Assembly (NCBI RefSeq): GCF_042660085.1
Contig: NZ_JBHSTI010000002.1
Location: forward strand, 510,001 to 542,000
Length of the DNA: 32,000 nucleotides
Source of the DNA: Longivirga aurantiaca
GTDB lineage: Bacteria; Actinomycetota; Actinomycetes; S36-B12; CAIYMF01
Direction: 5' to 3'
The notes beneath the pieces were generated by a model, which searched no databases, had not been told where the DNA came from, and saw nothing but the letters and a program-made list of their open reading frames with translations. The translations under genes were made by a program, and so were the position numbers. This document shows, in pieces, positions 9,245 through 18,197 of this stretch (position 1 is the stretch's first letter; every line of letters starts with the position of its first letter).

Positions 9245-9375
9245 GAGGGAGATCCTGACCGCTCATCAGCCGAACGGCCAACTCGTTCACCGCATGGAGT
9301 GACGCACTCCACGCTCATGATGAACAGAAAGGAGTCGCAAAACTACGGAGAGCGACGTCCTCCCGACGTCCGCGA

Positions 9376-10365
9376 TCAGCCGCGGGAGCGGCCGCGCGCT
9401 GTCTTCGCGGGCGCGGGCGGCGGAGCCTGCGCGCTGCGGCCGGTCGAGCTCGCGATCGACGTCGCCCCGGCCGCCACGGTGTGGCCCTCGTGGTCGAGGT
9501 GGGCGAGCGTCGTGCAGATCTCGTGCACCACGCGGCCGTCGACGGGCAGCGACATGTGCCCGACGCCGCGGACGAAGACGTTCCGAGCCGACAGGTCGGG
9601 GTGCACCACCCGGCCGGAGCGCTGCGGCACGACCATCTGGTCGAGGTCGCTCCAGACCGCGACGAAGCGGGTGCGGCACCCGGGCGCCGGCTCGGCCAGC
9701 TCGGTGACGACGTCGCTGCCGGGGCGCAGCTGGCGCACGAGCGGGTGCGGCAGGACGTACGCCGGCAGCGTGCCCGAGTGCGGGCTGCCGAGGGTCACCA
9801 ACGTGTGCACGCGGGCATCGCCGCCGAGGCGCTGCACGTAGTAGCGGGCGACCAGGCCGCCGAGCGAGTGGCCGACCACGTGCACGCGCTCGTACCCGGT
9901 CTCCTCGCAGACCTGCTCGACGAGCTCGCCCAGCCGGTCGGCGAGCAGGCGCACGTCGCCGTTGATCGAGGAGTAGTTGACCGTCACGACCCGGCCGAAG
10001 CCGCGGCGACGGAGCCCCCGCCGCAGCAGCGTGAAGACGGACCTGTTGTCGACGATCCCGTGCACCAGGATGATCGGCGTCCCCGCGGCCTCGACGTCGC
10101 CGACGAGCAGCGCCCGGTGGACCGGGGGCGCGTCGTGCACGCGGGTGCGGTGCAGCACGTCGTCGGTGCGCTGGTCGCGGTGCGCGAACGGCCACATCGC
10201 GAGGTGCGCCACCCACCAGGCCGCCTCGACCGTGACGCCCCGGACGCCGGCGGGCGACATCAGCGCGCGCCTCGCCGAGTCCGCCGTGCGGCGCGCGTCG
10301 TCGACGGCTCGAGCAGCGCGCTCGAGCCGGGACGGTGCGGCGTCCTCGGGCCGGTCGGTGGGCAC
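9376..10365 (-). CDS. alpha/beta hydrolase (lipase/esterase-like)
   Basis: 329 aa with oxyanion-region ILVHG and nucleophile elbow GHSLGG. The later D and H (WSDLD, GVGHMS) are consistent with a Ser-Asp-His triad. Confidence 0.85.
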   Translation of the reverse strand: MPTDRPEDAAPSRLERAARAVDDARRTADSARRALMSPAGVRGVTVEAAWWVAHLAMWPFAHRDQRTDDVLHRTRVHDAPPVHRALLVGDVEAAGTPIILVHGIVDNRSVFTLLRRGLRRRGFGRVVTVNYSSINGDVRLLADRLGELVEQVCEETGYERVHVVGHSLGGLVARYYVQRLGGDARVHTLVTLGSPHSGTLPAYVLPHPLVRQLRPGSDVVTELAEPAPGCRTRFVAVWSDLDQMVVPQRSGRVVHPDLSARNVFVRGVGHMSLPVDGRVVHEICTTLAHLDHEGHTVAAGATSIASSTGRSAQAPPPAPAKTARGRSRG

Positions 10366-10490
10366 GGACGGAGGGTAGACCCTGGACGGCCGCGCGTCGC
10401 TGTTACCGCCGTCGCGACACGTCCCGGCGCGTGGAGGTACACGCGGGCGTACGCTCGAAGGCGTCCGAGCGTGCCCCGAGGAGGACCGCC

Positions 10491-10925
10491 ATGAGCACGA
10501 CCACCAGCGCCCCGCGCACCGCGTCCGGGTCCCCGATCCGCGTGATCGTGGCCAAGCCCGGCCTCGACGGTCACGACCGCGGCGCCAAGGTGGTCGCCCG
10601 TGCCCTGCGCGACGCCGGCATCGAGGTCGTCTACACCGGCCTCCACCAGACGCCCGACCAGATCGTCGAGACCGCGATCCAGGAGGACGCCGACGTCATC
10701 GGCCTGTCGGTGCTCTCCGGCGCGCACATGACGCTGTTCGCCGCGGTCCTGGAGAAGCTGGCCGAGCGCGACGCCGGCGACATCGTGGTCTTCGGCGGCG
10801 GGATCATCCCCGAGGGCGACATCCCCGACCTCGAGAAGCTCGGCGTGGCCAAGATCTTCACCCCCGGCGCCACCACCCAGTCGATCGTCGACTGGGTCGT
10901 GGACCGCGTCGGCGCCCACGCCTGA
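10491..10925 (+). CDS. stand-alone cobalamin (B12)-binding domain protein, methylmalonyl-/isobutyryl-CoA mutase small-subunit type
   Basis: ATG 10491 is preceded by GAGGAGGA; the track start 10335 is an upstream extension with poor coding character. 144 aa with the DxHxxG motif ([10 protein letters not shown]), GLSVLSG and GGGIIP, as in the MCM C-terminal B12 domain or IcmB. Confidence 0.85.
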   Translation: MSTTTSAPRTASGSPIRVIVAKPGLDGHDRGAKVVARALRDAGIEVVYTGLHQTPDQIVETAIQEDADVIGLSVLSGAHMTLFAAVLEKLAERDAGDIVVFGGGIIPEGDIPDLEKLGVAKIFTPGATTQSIVDWVVDRVGAHA

Positions 10926-10939
10926 ACGCCGGGTACCCG

Positions 10940-11491
10940 GTGCAGCGACTGACCGCACCGCTCCGGGTCGACCTGCCCTGGTGGCGGCCGGAGGGCGAGG
11001 CATCGCTCCGGCTTCCTGTCGCACCCGTGGCGCGCACTGCACGAGTGCTCACCGGCGTCGTCCCGACGGTGCTGGCGGTGGTCGGCCTCACGCTGGCGCT
11101 CGGGTCCGCCGTGCTGGCCGAGCGCGGACCGACCGAGGCGGTCGGCACCCTCGGGGTCGAGCTCGGTGCGGCCATGTGGTTCGGCGGTGCGGTGACCCTC
11201 GGTGCTCGTCGCGGTGCCACGGTCGGCCGGGCGCTGGCCCTGCTGGGGCTCGCGACGACCGGTGCGGTCCTGATCGCCCTGGCGCTGGTCCTCGGCTGGA
11301 CCGGTGCCGCGCTCTCCCTGGCCATGGAGTTCGGCGTCGGCGCGGTCGCGGTGGCCGTGATCGACGTGCTGCTCCTCGGTCTGGTCCAGAGCCGGCTGGA
11401 GCGCCTCGGTGACCTCCCGGACGATGCCGTGACGGTGACCGTGAGCGGCTCCTGGCCGCTCCTGGCGATGCGCCACGACGAACGCACCTGA
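10940..11491 (+). CDS. hypothetical integral membrane protein (about 4 predicted TM helices)
   Basis: Strong third-position GC bias in this frame over most of its length and several hydrophobic helices. No family recognised. The first ~35 codons have weaker bias, so the true start may be further downstream. Confidence 0.6.
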   Translation: MQRLTAPLRVDLPWWRPEGEASLRLPVAPVARTARVLTGVVPTVLAVVGLTLALGSAVLAERGPTEAVGTLGVELGAAMWFGGAVTLGARRGATVGRALALLGLATTGAVLIALALVLGWTGAALSLAMEFGVGAVAVAVIDVLLLGLVQSRLERLGDLPDDAVTVTVSGSWPLLAMRHDERT

Positions 11492-11645
11492 CCGTTCGGC
11501 GCAGGTTCTTCCCACCCTGCGGAACCGGCCCGGGGCGGCAGTGGGTCCCGGTACATGCCGGGGTTAGGCTCGCGACCGTCCTCGCGGACGCCGCCCGGAC
11601 CTGCTCCGGTGCGCCCGCCCCTCTCTCCAGTCAGGACTGCCAGCG

Positions 11646-12824
11646 GTGGATCTGTACGAGTTCCAGGCGAAGGAGCTCTTCGCCAAGCACGGGGTTCCGA
11701 CCCAGGCCGGTGAGGTCGTCCGGTCGCCGAAGCACGCGCAGGAGGCCGCCGAGCGCATCGGTGGCCTCGTCGTCGTCAAGGCGCAGGTGAAGACCGGCGG
11801 TCGCGGCAAGGCCGGCGGTGTGAAGCTGGCGGCGACGCCGCAGGAGGCGCACGACCGCGCCCAGGACATCCTGGGCCTGGACATCAAGGGCCACATCGTC
11901 CACCAGGTGCTCATCAACCCGGCCGCGGACATCGCGGAGGAGTACTACGTCTCCTTCCTGCTCGACCGCGCGCACCGCACCTTCCTCGCGATGGCGAGCA
12001 AGGAGGGCGGGATGGAGATCGAGCAGCTCGCGGTCGAGCGCCCGGAGGCGCTGGCGAAGGTGGCGATCGACGCGATCGTCGGCGTCGACCAGGCCAAGGC
12101 CGAGGAGATCGCGGACGCCGCAGGCTTCGACGCCTCGGTGCGCGACCAGGTGGTGGAGATCCTGAAGAAGCTGTGGGACGTCTTCATCAAGGAGGACGCC
12201 ACGCTCGTCGAGGTCAACCCGCTGGTGAAGACCCCCGAGGGCCTCGTCGTCGCACTTGACGGCAAGGTGTCGCTGGACGAGAACGCCGAGTTCCGCCACC
12301 CCGACTTCGAGTCGCTCGTCGACGACACCGCCACCGACCCGCTCGAGCTCAAGGCCCGCGAGAAGGACCTCAACTACGTCAAGCTCTCGGGCTCGGTCGG
12401 CGTGATCGGCAACGGCGCGGGCCTGGTCATGTCGACGCTCGACGTCGTCGCCTACGCGGGCGAGGAGTTCGGGGGCCAGAAGCCCGCGAACTTCCTGGAC
12501 ATCGGTGGCGGCGCCTCGGCGCAGGTGATGGCCGACGGCCTCGAGATCATCCTGGGCGACGCCGAGGTCAAGGCGGTGTTCGTCAACGTGTTCGGCGGCA
12601 TCACCGCGTGCGACGCCGTCGCCAACGGCATCGTGCAGGCCGTGCAGATGCTCGCCGACAAGGGCGAGCCCGTCACGAAGCCCCTGGTCGTCCGCCTGGA
12701 CGGCAACAACGCCGACCTCGGCCGGCAGATCCTCACCGACGCGGGCAACCCGCTCGTGCAGCTCGTGGACACCATGGACGACGCCGCGCGCCGCGTGGCC
12801 CAGCTCGCGGCTCAGGGGGCCTGA
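11646..12824 (+). CDS. sucC: succinyl-CoA ligase (ADP-forming) beta subunit
   Basis: 392 aa with the [19 protein letters not shown]-terminus and ATP-grasp and ligase-CoA regions. sucD follows. Confidence 0.97.
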   Translation: MDLYEFQAKELFAKHGVPTQAGEVVRSPKHAQEAAERIGGLVVVKAQVKTGGRGKAGGVKLAATPQEAHDRAQDILGLDIKGHIVHQVLINPAADIAEEYYVSFLLDRAHRTFLAMASKEGGMEIEQLAVERPEALAKVAIDAIVGVDQAKAEEIADAAGFDASVRDQVVEILKKLWDVFIKEDATLVEVNPLVKTPEGLVVALDGKVSLDENAEFRHPDFESLVDDTATDPLELKAREKDLNYVKLSGSVGVIGNGAGLVMSTLDVVAYAGEEFGGQKPANFLDIGGGASAQVMADGLEIILGDAEVKAVFVNVFGGITACDAVANGIVQAVQMLADKGEPVTKPLVVRLDGNNADLGRQILTDAGNPLVQLVDTMDDAARRVAQLAAQGA

Positions 12825-12829
12825 CACTC

Positions 12830-13714
12830 ATGGCGATCTTCCTCACCGAGAACTCCAAGATCCTCGTCCAGGGCATCACCGGCTCCGAGGGCACCAAGCA
12901 CACGATCCGCATGCTCGGATCGCACGCCAACATCGTCGCGGGCGTCACCCCCGGCAAGGGTGGCCAGACCGTCACGGCCGAGGGCCGCGACATCCCGGTC
13001 TTCAACTCCTGCCAGGAGGCTGTGGCCGCCACCGGCGCCGACGTGTCGGTGGTGTTCGTGCCGCCGAAGTTCGCCAAGGCCGCCGTGGTCGAGGCGATCG
13101 ACGCCGCGATCCCGCTGGTCGTGGTGATCACCGAGGGCATCGCGATCCACGACACCGCGTGGTTCTACCAGTACGCCGTCAACTCGGGCACCACGCGGAT
13201 CATCGGGCCGAACTGCCCCGGTCTGATCAGCCCCGGGAAGTCCAACGCGGGCATCATCCCGGGCACGATCGCCAAGGCCGGCCGCATCGGTCTGGTGTCC
13301 AAGTCGGGCACCCTGACCTACCAGATGATGTACGAGCTGCGGGACCTCGGCTTCTCCTCGGCCGTGGGCATCGGCGGCGACCCTGTCATCGGCACCACGC
13401 ACATCGACGCGCTCGCCGCGTTCGAGGCCGACCCCGAGACCGACGCGATCGTGATGATCGGCGAGATCGGCGGCGACGCAGAGGAGCGCGCGGCGGCGTA
13501 CATCAAGGACAACGTCACCAAGCCCGTCGTCGGCTACGTCGCGGGCTTCACCGCCCCCGAGGGCAAGACCATGGGCCACGCTGGCGCGATCGTGTCCGGC
13601 TCGTCCGGCACCGCGCAGGCCAAGAAGGAGGCGCTCGAGGCCGTGGGTGTGAAGGTCGGCAAGACGCCGTCCGAGACCGCACGCCTCATGCGCGAGCTCA
13701 TCGAGGCGCTCTAG
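12830..13714 (+). CDS. sucD: succinyl-CoA ligase alpha subunit
   Basis: ATG 12830 ([22 protein letters not shown]) lies 5 nt after the sucC stop; the track ORF 12608 is an in-frame upstream extension. The phosphohistidine loop MGHAGAIV is present. Confidence 0.97.
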   Translation: MAIFLTENSKILVQGITGSEGTKHTIRMLGSHANIVAGVTPGKGGQTVTAEGRDIPVFNSCQEAVAATGADVSVVFVPPKFAKAAVVEAIDAAIPLVVVITEGIAIHDTAWFYQYAVNSGTTRIIGPNCPGLISPGKSNAGIIPGTIAKAGRIGLVSKSGTLTYQMMYELRDLGFSSAVGIGGDPVIGTTHIDALAAFEADPETDAIVMIGEIGGDAEERAAAYIKDNVTKPVVGYVAGFTAPEGKTMGHAGAIVSGSSGTAQAKKEALEAVGVKVGKTPSETARLMRELIEAL

Positions 13715-13726
13715 CACCAGCACGTT

Positions 13727-13762
13727 CGACGAAGGGCCGTCCGCCAGGGCGGCCCTTCGTCG
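13727..13762 (+). terminator. stem-loop terminator downstream of sucD
   Basis: CGACGAAGGGCCG (13727-13739) pairs perfectly with CGGCCCTTCGTCG (13750-13762). This gives a 13-bp GC-rich stem 13 nt after the stop codon. Confidence 0.7.
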
Positions 13763-13795
13763 CGTCCTGGCGCAGGTCGGTGGCACAGTGGCGGG

Positions 13796-14722
13796 ATGCG
13801 CCGACTCGCCGCCGTGCTCGCCACCGCCGCCCTGATCCCGCTGGCCGCGGTCGGCACCGCGCAGGCGACGCCGACACCCGCAGCGCGCGCCGCCGCCCCC
13901 GCCGTCGTTCCTGCGCTCGGCCCGACGCCGTCGACCTGGGAGGGCGGGCGCCCCGTCCCCGTCGCGCCGCGCTGGTGGCCGCAGGGCACGAGCAAGCCGT
14001 CAGCCGCCTGGGCCTCGGGGTGGCCGAAACCCGTCGCGTTCGCGCCGACCGCGAAAGGCGAGCTGAGCGGCCGGAAGATCGCGCTCGATCCCGGGCACGA
14101 CCTCGGCAACTCCCTGCACCTCTCGGCCATCAACCAGACCTCCTGGGTCGGCCTCACCAAGACCTGCAACACCTCCGGCACCGCCACCAACGCGGGCTAT
14201 CCGGAGGCGTCGTACGCCTTCGACGTCGTCGCGCGGCTGCGTCGGCTCCTCGCCGCGCACGGCGCCACGGTCTACATCACGCGCGACCGGAACACGACCG
14301 CGACGTACGGCCCCTGCGTGGGTGCTCGCGGCTCGTTCGCCGCCCAGGAGGGCGCCGACCTCATGGTGTCGGTGCACGGGGACGGCGCACCGAGCTCGGG
14401 CCGCGGCTTCCACGTGATCGCACCGGCGTACTACAAGGGCTACACCGACGACATCTCCACGGAGTCACGAACTCTCGCATGGAACATGATCTCGGGCCTG
14501 ACGGCCGGGGGGCTGCAGCGGACGACGTACCTGCCGAGCCCGCTGTCGGTGCGCAAGGACGTCGGCACCCTCAACATGTCCGACGTGCCGACCGTGATGG
14601 TCGAGACGCTCAACATGCGCAATGCGGCCGACGCGCGGATCGCCTCGACGGCAGCGGGTCGGCAGCGGATGGCGACCGGCCTGTACTACGGCATCGTGAA
14701 GTACCTGCGCACCGCGCCCTGA
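13796..14722 (+). CDS. secreted N-acetylmuramoyl-L-alanine amidase (Amidase_3 type)
   Basis: 308 aa with a signal peptide ending in AQA. Motifs ALDPGHD, VSVHGDG and MVETLNMRN match the zinc-ligand regions of Amidase_3. Confidence 0.85.
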   Translation: MRRLAAVLATAALIPLAAVGTAQATPTPAARAAAPAVVPALGPTPSTWEGGRPVPVAPRWWPQGTSKPSAAWASGWPKPVAFAPTAKGELSGRKIALDPGHDLGNSLHLSAINQTSWVGLTKTCNTSGTATNAGYPEASYAFDVVARLRRLLAAHGATVYITRDRNTTATYGPCVGARGSFAAQEGADLMVSVHGDGAPSSGRGFHVIAPAYYKGYTDDISTESRTLAWNMISGLTAGGLQRTTYLPSPLSVRKDVGTLNMSDVPTVMVETLNMRNAADARIASTAAGRQRMATGLYYGIVKYLRTAP

Positions 14723-14741
14723 CACCCGTCACGTGCAATCT

Positions 14742-14759
14742 GTACATGAATGCTGAACA
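14742..14759 (+). promoter_or_regulatory. shared upstream motif, copy 1: GTACATGAATGCTGAACA
   Basis: Matches 15723-15740 at 15/18 positions. Ends 30 nt upstream of GTG 14789. Lies in a locally AT-richer patch. Confidence 0.5.
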
Positions 14760-14788
14760 CTGGCGCTCTGTCGACGGTGGAGGTTCAC

Positions 14789-15673
14789 GTGGCTGAGGTA
14801 GCAGTCCTCGGAATGGGTCGGATGGGCGCCGCCATGGCCCGACGCGTGGCCGACGCCGGCCACCAGGTGCGGGTCTGGAACAGGACGCCGGCTGCGGCCG
14901 ACGCGGTCGCGACAGCCGACCCGTCGGGACGTACCACGGCGTGCTCGGACGTCGTGGCGGCCATTGCGGGCGCGGGAGCCGTCCTCACCATGCTGGCGAA
15001 CGGTGACGTCACGTGCGACGTCCTGCTGTCCCCGGACGTCGCGTCGGCGATCGGCCGGGACGCCGTCGTGGTGGACCTCGGCACCAGCGGCGTCGAGGCC
15101 TCGGCGCGCCTGGCCGCCGGACTGGGCGACGCCGGGCTGCGGTACGTCGACGCGCCGGTGTCGGGGAGTGTGCCCGCCGTCGAGGCGGGGACGCTCCTGG
15201 TGATGGCCAGCGGTGCCGCCGCCGACGTGGACCAGGCCCGAGAAGTGTTGTCCTCGTTCGCCTCCACGGTGCTGCACGTCGGACCGGCGGGACGCGGCCA
15301 GGTCATGAAGCTCGCCGTGAACCTCGTGGTCCACGACCTCAACGCCGCCCTCTCGGAGTCGTTGGCGCTGGCTGCGGCCGCCGGGGTTCGCCCGGAGGAC
15401 GCCTACGACGTGCTCCAGCACTCCGTCGTGGGAGCGCCGTTCGTGCAGTACAAGCGCGCCGCGTTCCTGGACCCTGCGACCCCGGTCGCCATGAGCCTCG
15501 ACCTCGTCGCCAAGGACCTCGGGCTGATCCTGGAGCTGGGCGCCACGTCAGGAGTCCCGCTCGGCACGACGCTCGCGGCCTACGAGCAGGTCCAGGCGGC
15601 CGTTGCCTCAGGCAGGGGAGCCGAGGACATGGCAGGACTGGCGCGGTTCCTGCGGGAGCAGTCCTCGGGCTGA
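14789..15673 (+). CDS. NAD(P)-dependent oxidoreductase, 3-hydroxyisobutyrate / 6-phosphogluconate dehydrogenase-like family
   Basis: GTG 14789 is preferred (SD-like GGTGGAGG at 14776-14783; the Rossmann strand begins immediately, VAVLGMGRMGAAMA). The track start ATG 14750 overlaps the motif. Family signature GPAGRGQVMKLAVN is present. Confidence 0.85.
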   Translation: MAEVAVLGMGRMGAAMARRVADAGHQVRVWNRTPAAADAVATADPSGRTTACSDVVAAIAGAGAVLTMLANGDVTCDVLLSPDVASAIGRDAVVVDLGTSGVEASARLAAGLGDAGLRYVDAPVSGSVPAVEAGTLLVMASGAAADVDQAREVLSSFASTVLHVGPAGRGQVMKLAVNLVVHDLNAALSESLALAAAAGVRPEDAYDVLQHSVVGAPFVQYKRAAFLDPATPVAMSLDLVAKDLGLILELGATSGVPLGTTLAAYEQVQAAVASGRGAEDMAGLARFLREQSSG

Positions 15674-15722
15674 CGAGATCGCTCCGGTGCGACACGACCC
15701 TGGTGCAGGGACGGCCACGTAC

Positions 15723-15740
15723 GTACAGTAACGCTGAACA
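15723..15740 (+). promoter_or_regulatory. shared upstream motif, copy 2: GTACAGTAACGCTGAACA (plus extra CGCTGAAC at 15744-15751)
   Basis: Matches 14742-14759 at 15/18 positions. Ends 37 nt upstream of ATG 15777. CGCTGAAC repeats 12 nt downstream. Confidence 0.5.
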
Positions 15741-15776
15741 TCCCGCTGAACGACTCACGCGATCCTGGGAGCAGCC

Positions 15777-17120
15777 ATGGTGTCCCCCACGTACGGCACG
15801 AACCAGGTCGACTGGGAGTCCCGGCTGGACATGGGCCGGCTCCGCACGGAGCGCCTGGCGCGGCTCAAGGCCGAGCTGGAGGCATCGAGCCTCGGTGCGG
15901 TGCTGACGTTCGACTTCCACAACATCCGGTACATGACCGCGACCCACATCGGGACATGGGCGATGGACAAGATGATCCGGTTCGCGATCCTGCCGCGTGG
16001 CGGGGACCCGGTGCTGTGGGACTTCGGATCGGCGGCCAAGCACCACACGCTGCAGGCGACGTGGTTGGACGAGCCGCACGCGGCCGCCGGCCGGGGCGAC
16101 AACTACGGCAGCCGGGCGGGGATCTCCACGTTGCGCGGGGCGATCGGTCCGGGCGCGCACCGGGCCGAGGACGTGGCGGCGAAGATCGTGGAGGTGCTGC
16201 GCGACTTCGGGCTCGAGGGCCAGCCGGTCGGCGTCGACGTGATCGAGCCCGACGTGCTGTTCGCGCTGCAGGCGGCGGGCGTGCCTGTGGTCGACGGGCA
16301 GCAGGTGTTCCTCGCCGCGCGCCGGATCAAGACCAAGGACGAGATCGGCCTGCTGACCCAGGCCGCGTCGATGGTCGACACGGCGTACGAGAACCTCTAC
16401 GAGTTCCTGCGCCCCGGCGTGCGCGAGAACGAGTGCGTGGGCCTGGTGGCCAAGACGCTGTACGACCTCGGGTCCGAGCACGTCGAGGGCGTCAACGCGA
16501 TCTCGGGCGAGCGGTGCAGCCCGCACCCGCACGTCTACTCGGACCGTCTCATCCGTCCGGGCGACCCGGCGTTCTTCGACATCCTGCACTCGTTCATGGG
16601 CTACCGGACCTGCTACTACCGCACGTTCGCAGTCGGCAGCGCGTCCCGTGCGCAGCGCGACGCATACACGATCTGCCGTGAGCTGATGGACAAGGCGATC
16701 GCCGCGGTGAAGCCGGGGGTCACCACCGCCGACATCGTGTCGCTGTGGCCGAGGGCCGAGGAGTTCGGGTTCGCCAACGAGGAGGCCGCGTTCGCGCTGC
16801 AGTACGGCCACGGCCTCGGCCTGTCGATCTGGGAGCGTCCGATCTTCTCGCGCATGACCTCGTTCGACGCGCCCGAGACTCTCGAGGAGGGCATGGTCTT
16901 CGCCCTGGAGACGTACTGGCCCGCGGCCGACGGCTGGGGCGCGGCGCGCATCGAGGAGGAGGTCGTGGTCACGGCGACCGGGTGCGAGGTCATCACCAAG
17001 TTCCCCGCCGAGGAGCTGCTCATCGCGGGTAGGCGCTACTACACCACCGGCGGCTACCTGCCGACGCTCCGCGACTCCCAGTCGCACCTCAACACCACCG
17101 CGGGCCGCGGGGAGCAGTAG
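15777..17120 (+). CDS. M24-fold (creatinase / Xaa-Pro peptidase-like) protein with non-canonical metal site
   Basis: 447 aa. The pita-bread core motifs are recognisable: GDPAFFD...GYRTCYYRTF, GHGLGLSIWE, FALETYW and ARIEEEVVVT. Confidence 0.85.
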   Translation: MVSPTYGTNQVDWESRLDMGRLRTERLARLKAELEASSLGAVLTFDFHNIRYMTATHIGTWAMDKMIRFAILPRGGDPVLWDFGSAAKHHTLQATWLDEPHAAAGRGDNYGSRAGISTLRGAIGPGAHRAEDVAAKIVEVLRDFGLEGQPVGVDVIEPDVLFALQAAGVPVVDGQQVFLAARRIKTKDEIGLLTQAASMVDTAYENLYEFLRPGVRENECVGLVAKTLYDLGSEHVEGVNAISGERCSPHPHVYSDRLIRPGDPAFFDILHSFMGYRTCYYRTFAVGSASRAQRDAYTICRELMDKAIAAVKPGVTTADIVSLWPRAEEFGFANEEAAFALQYGHGLGLSIWERPIFSRMTSFDAPETLEEGMVFALETYWPAADGWGAARIEEEVVVTATGCEVITKFPAEELLIAGRRYYTTGGYLPTLRDSQSHLNTTAGRGEQ

Positions 17121-17148
17121 CGTCCAGCCTCCCGGAGGAGGGACGTCG

Positions 17149-18162
17149 ATGACCCACGAGCCGCTGGAGGCCCGCGCACGCGCGGTGCTGCCCGACGACG
17201 TCTACCGCTACTTCGCCGCGGGCTCGGGGCAGGAGCGCACCCTCGCCGACCAGGAACGCGCGTGGGACGCGCTGCACCTGCGCCCCCGGCTGCTGCGGGA
17301 CGTGTCGTCGGTGACCACGCGCACCACTGTCCTCGGCACCGAGGTCGCGACGCCCGTGCTCGTCGCGCCGTCAGCCCTGCACGGCCTCGCCCACCCCGAC
17401 GGCGAGGTGGCGACGGCGACCGGCACGCGCGAGGCGGGGTCCCTCCTCGTGCTCTCGATGCGCGCGAGCCGCACCCTCGAGGACGTCGCTGCCGCCGCCG
17501 GGCCGTGGTGGCAGCAGATGTACGTGCTCGGCGACCGCGGCGTGTCCGACGAGGTCGCGCGCCGCGCAGCTGCGGCCGGTGCGCGCGCCCTCGTCGTCAC
17601 GGTCGACGTGCCGTTCGTCGCGCGCAGGCCGAGCGGCCCGCTGCCCGCGCTCCCGCCATCGGCCATCGTCGAGGCGCTCGCGGGCCGCGACCCCGCCGAT
17701 CCGCGCTACCAGCAGGCACCCGACCTCGGTCCTGCCGACATCGCACGGCTCAAGGAGCTCACGGGCCTTCCCGTCGTCGCCAAGGGAGTGCTGCGCGGCG
17801 ATGAGGCGGTGCGCTGCCTCGATGCCGGGGCCGACGCCGTGATCGTCTCGACCCACGGCGGTCGCCAGCTCGACGGCGTCGTCCCGTCGCCGGTCGCGCT
17901 GCCCGAGGTGGTCGCGGCCGTCGGCGACCGAGCGGAGGTCTACGTCGACGGCGGCATCCGGACGGGCACGCACGTCCTGCGCGCCCTCGCCCTCGGCGCC
18001 CGCGCCGTGCTCGTCGGACGGCCGGTGCTGTGGGGGCTCGCCCTCGGTGGCGCCGACGGCGTGCGGGAGGTGCTCGACGACCTCACCGCCAGCACGCGGG
18101 ACGCGTTCGGCCTGGCCGGCTGCACCTCGCCCGCCGACGCCGGCCGCGACCTGGTCCGCTGA
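17149..18162 (+). CDS. FMN-dependent alpha-hydroxy-acid oxidase/dehydrogenase (LldD / glycolate oxidase family)
   Basis: 337 aa with the catalytic STHGGRQLD, DGGIRTG and GRPVLWGL motifs of the FMN-dependent dehydrogenase TIM barrel. SD GGAGGAGGG is 5 nt upstream. Confidence 0.9.
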   Translation: MTHEPLEARARAVLPDDVYRYFAAGSGQERTLADQERAWDALHLRPRLLRDVSSVTTRTTVLGTEVATPVLVAPSALHGLAHPDGEVATATGTREAGSLLVLSMRASRTLEDVAAAAGPWWQQMYVLGDRGVSDEVARRAAAAGARALVVTVDVPFVARRPSGPLPALPPSAIVEALAGRDPADPRYQQAPDLGPADIARLKELTGLPVVAKGVLRGDEAVRCLDAGADAVIVSTHGGRQLDGVVPSPVALPEVVAAVGDRAEVYVDGGIRTGTHVLRALALGARAVLVGRPVLWGLALGGADGVREVLDDLTASTRDAFGLAGCTSPADAGRDLVR

Positions 18163-18197
18163 CCGGAGGCAGCCGTGTCGCAGCGGGGGTGACCCGC

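Noticed and set aside
9262-9269. CUGAUGAG (minus strand), reminiscent of the hammerhead ribozyme core
   Set aside because: No accompanying GAAA element or cleavage-site helix arrangement could be found nearby. An isolated 8-mer match is most likely chance.
10366-10490. Possible cobalamin riboswitch upstream of the B12-binding domain gene
   Set aside because: No B12-box-like sequence (AGYCMGGnGnCCkGCC-type) or the multi-stem architecture is recognisable by eye. The region is also only 125 nt and is shared with a divergent promoter.
10335-10490. 52-codon N-terminal extension of the B12-domain gene
   Set aside because: The sequence is Arg-rich and non-coding-like. A strong SD (GAGGAGGA) precedes ATG 10491, and the domain begins right after it.
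12608-12829. 74-codon N-terminal extension of sucD in the ORF track
   Set aside because: It overlaps the 3' end of sucC in another frame and translates to Arg/Pro-rich junk. ATG 12830 yields the canonical MAIFL... SucD N-terminus.
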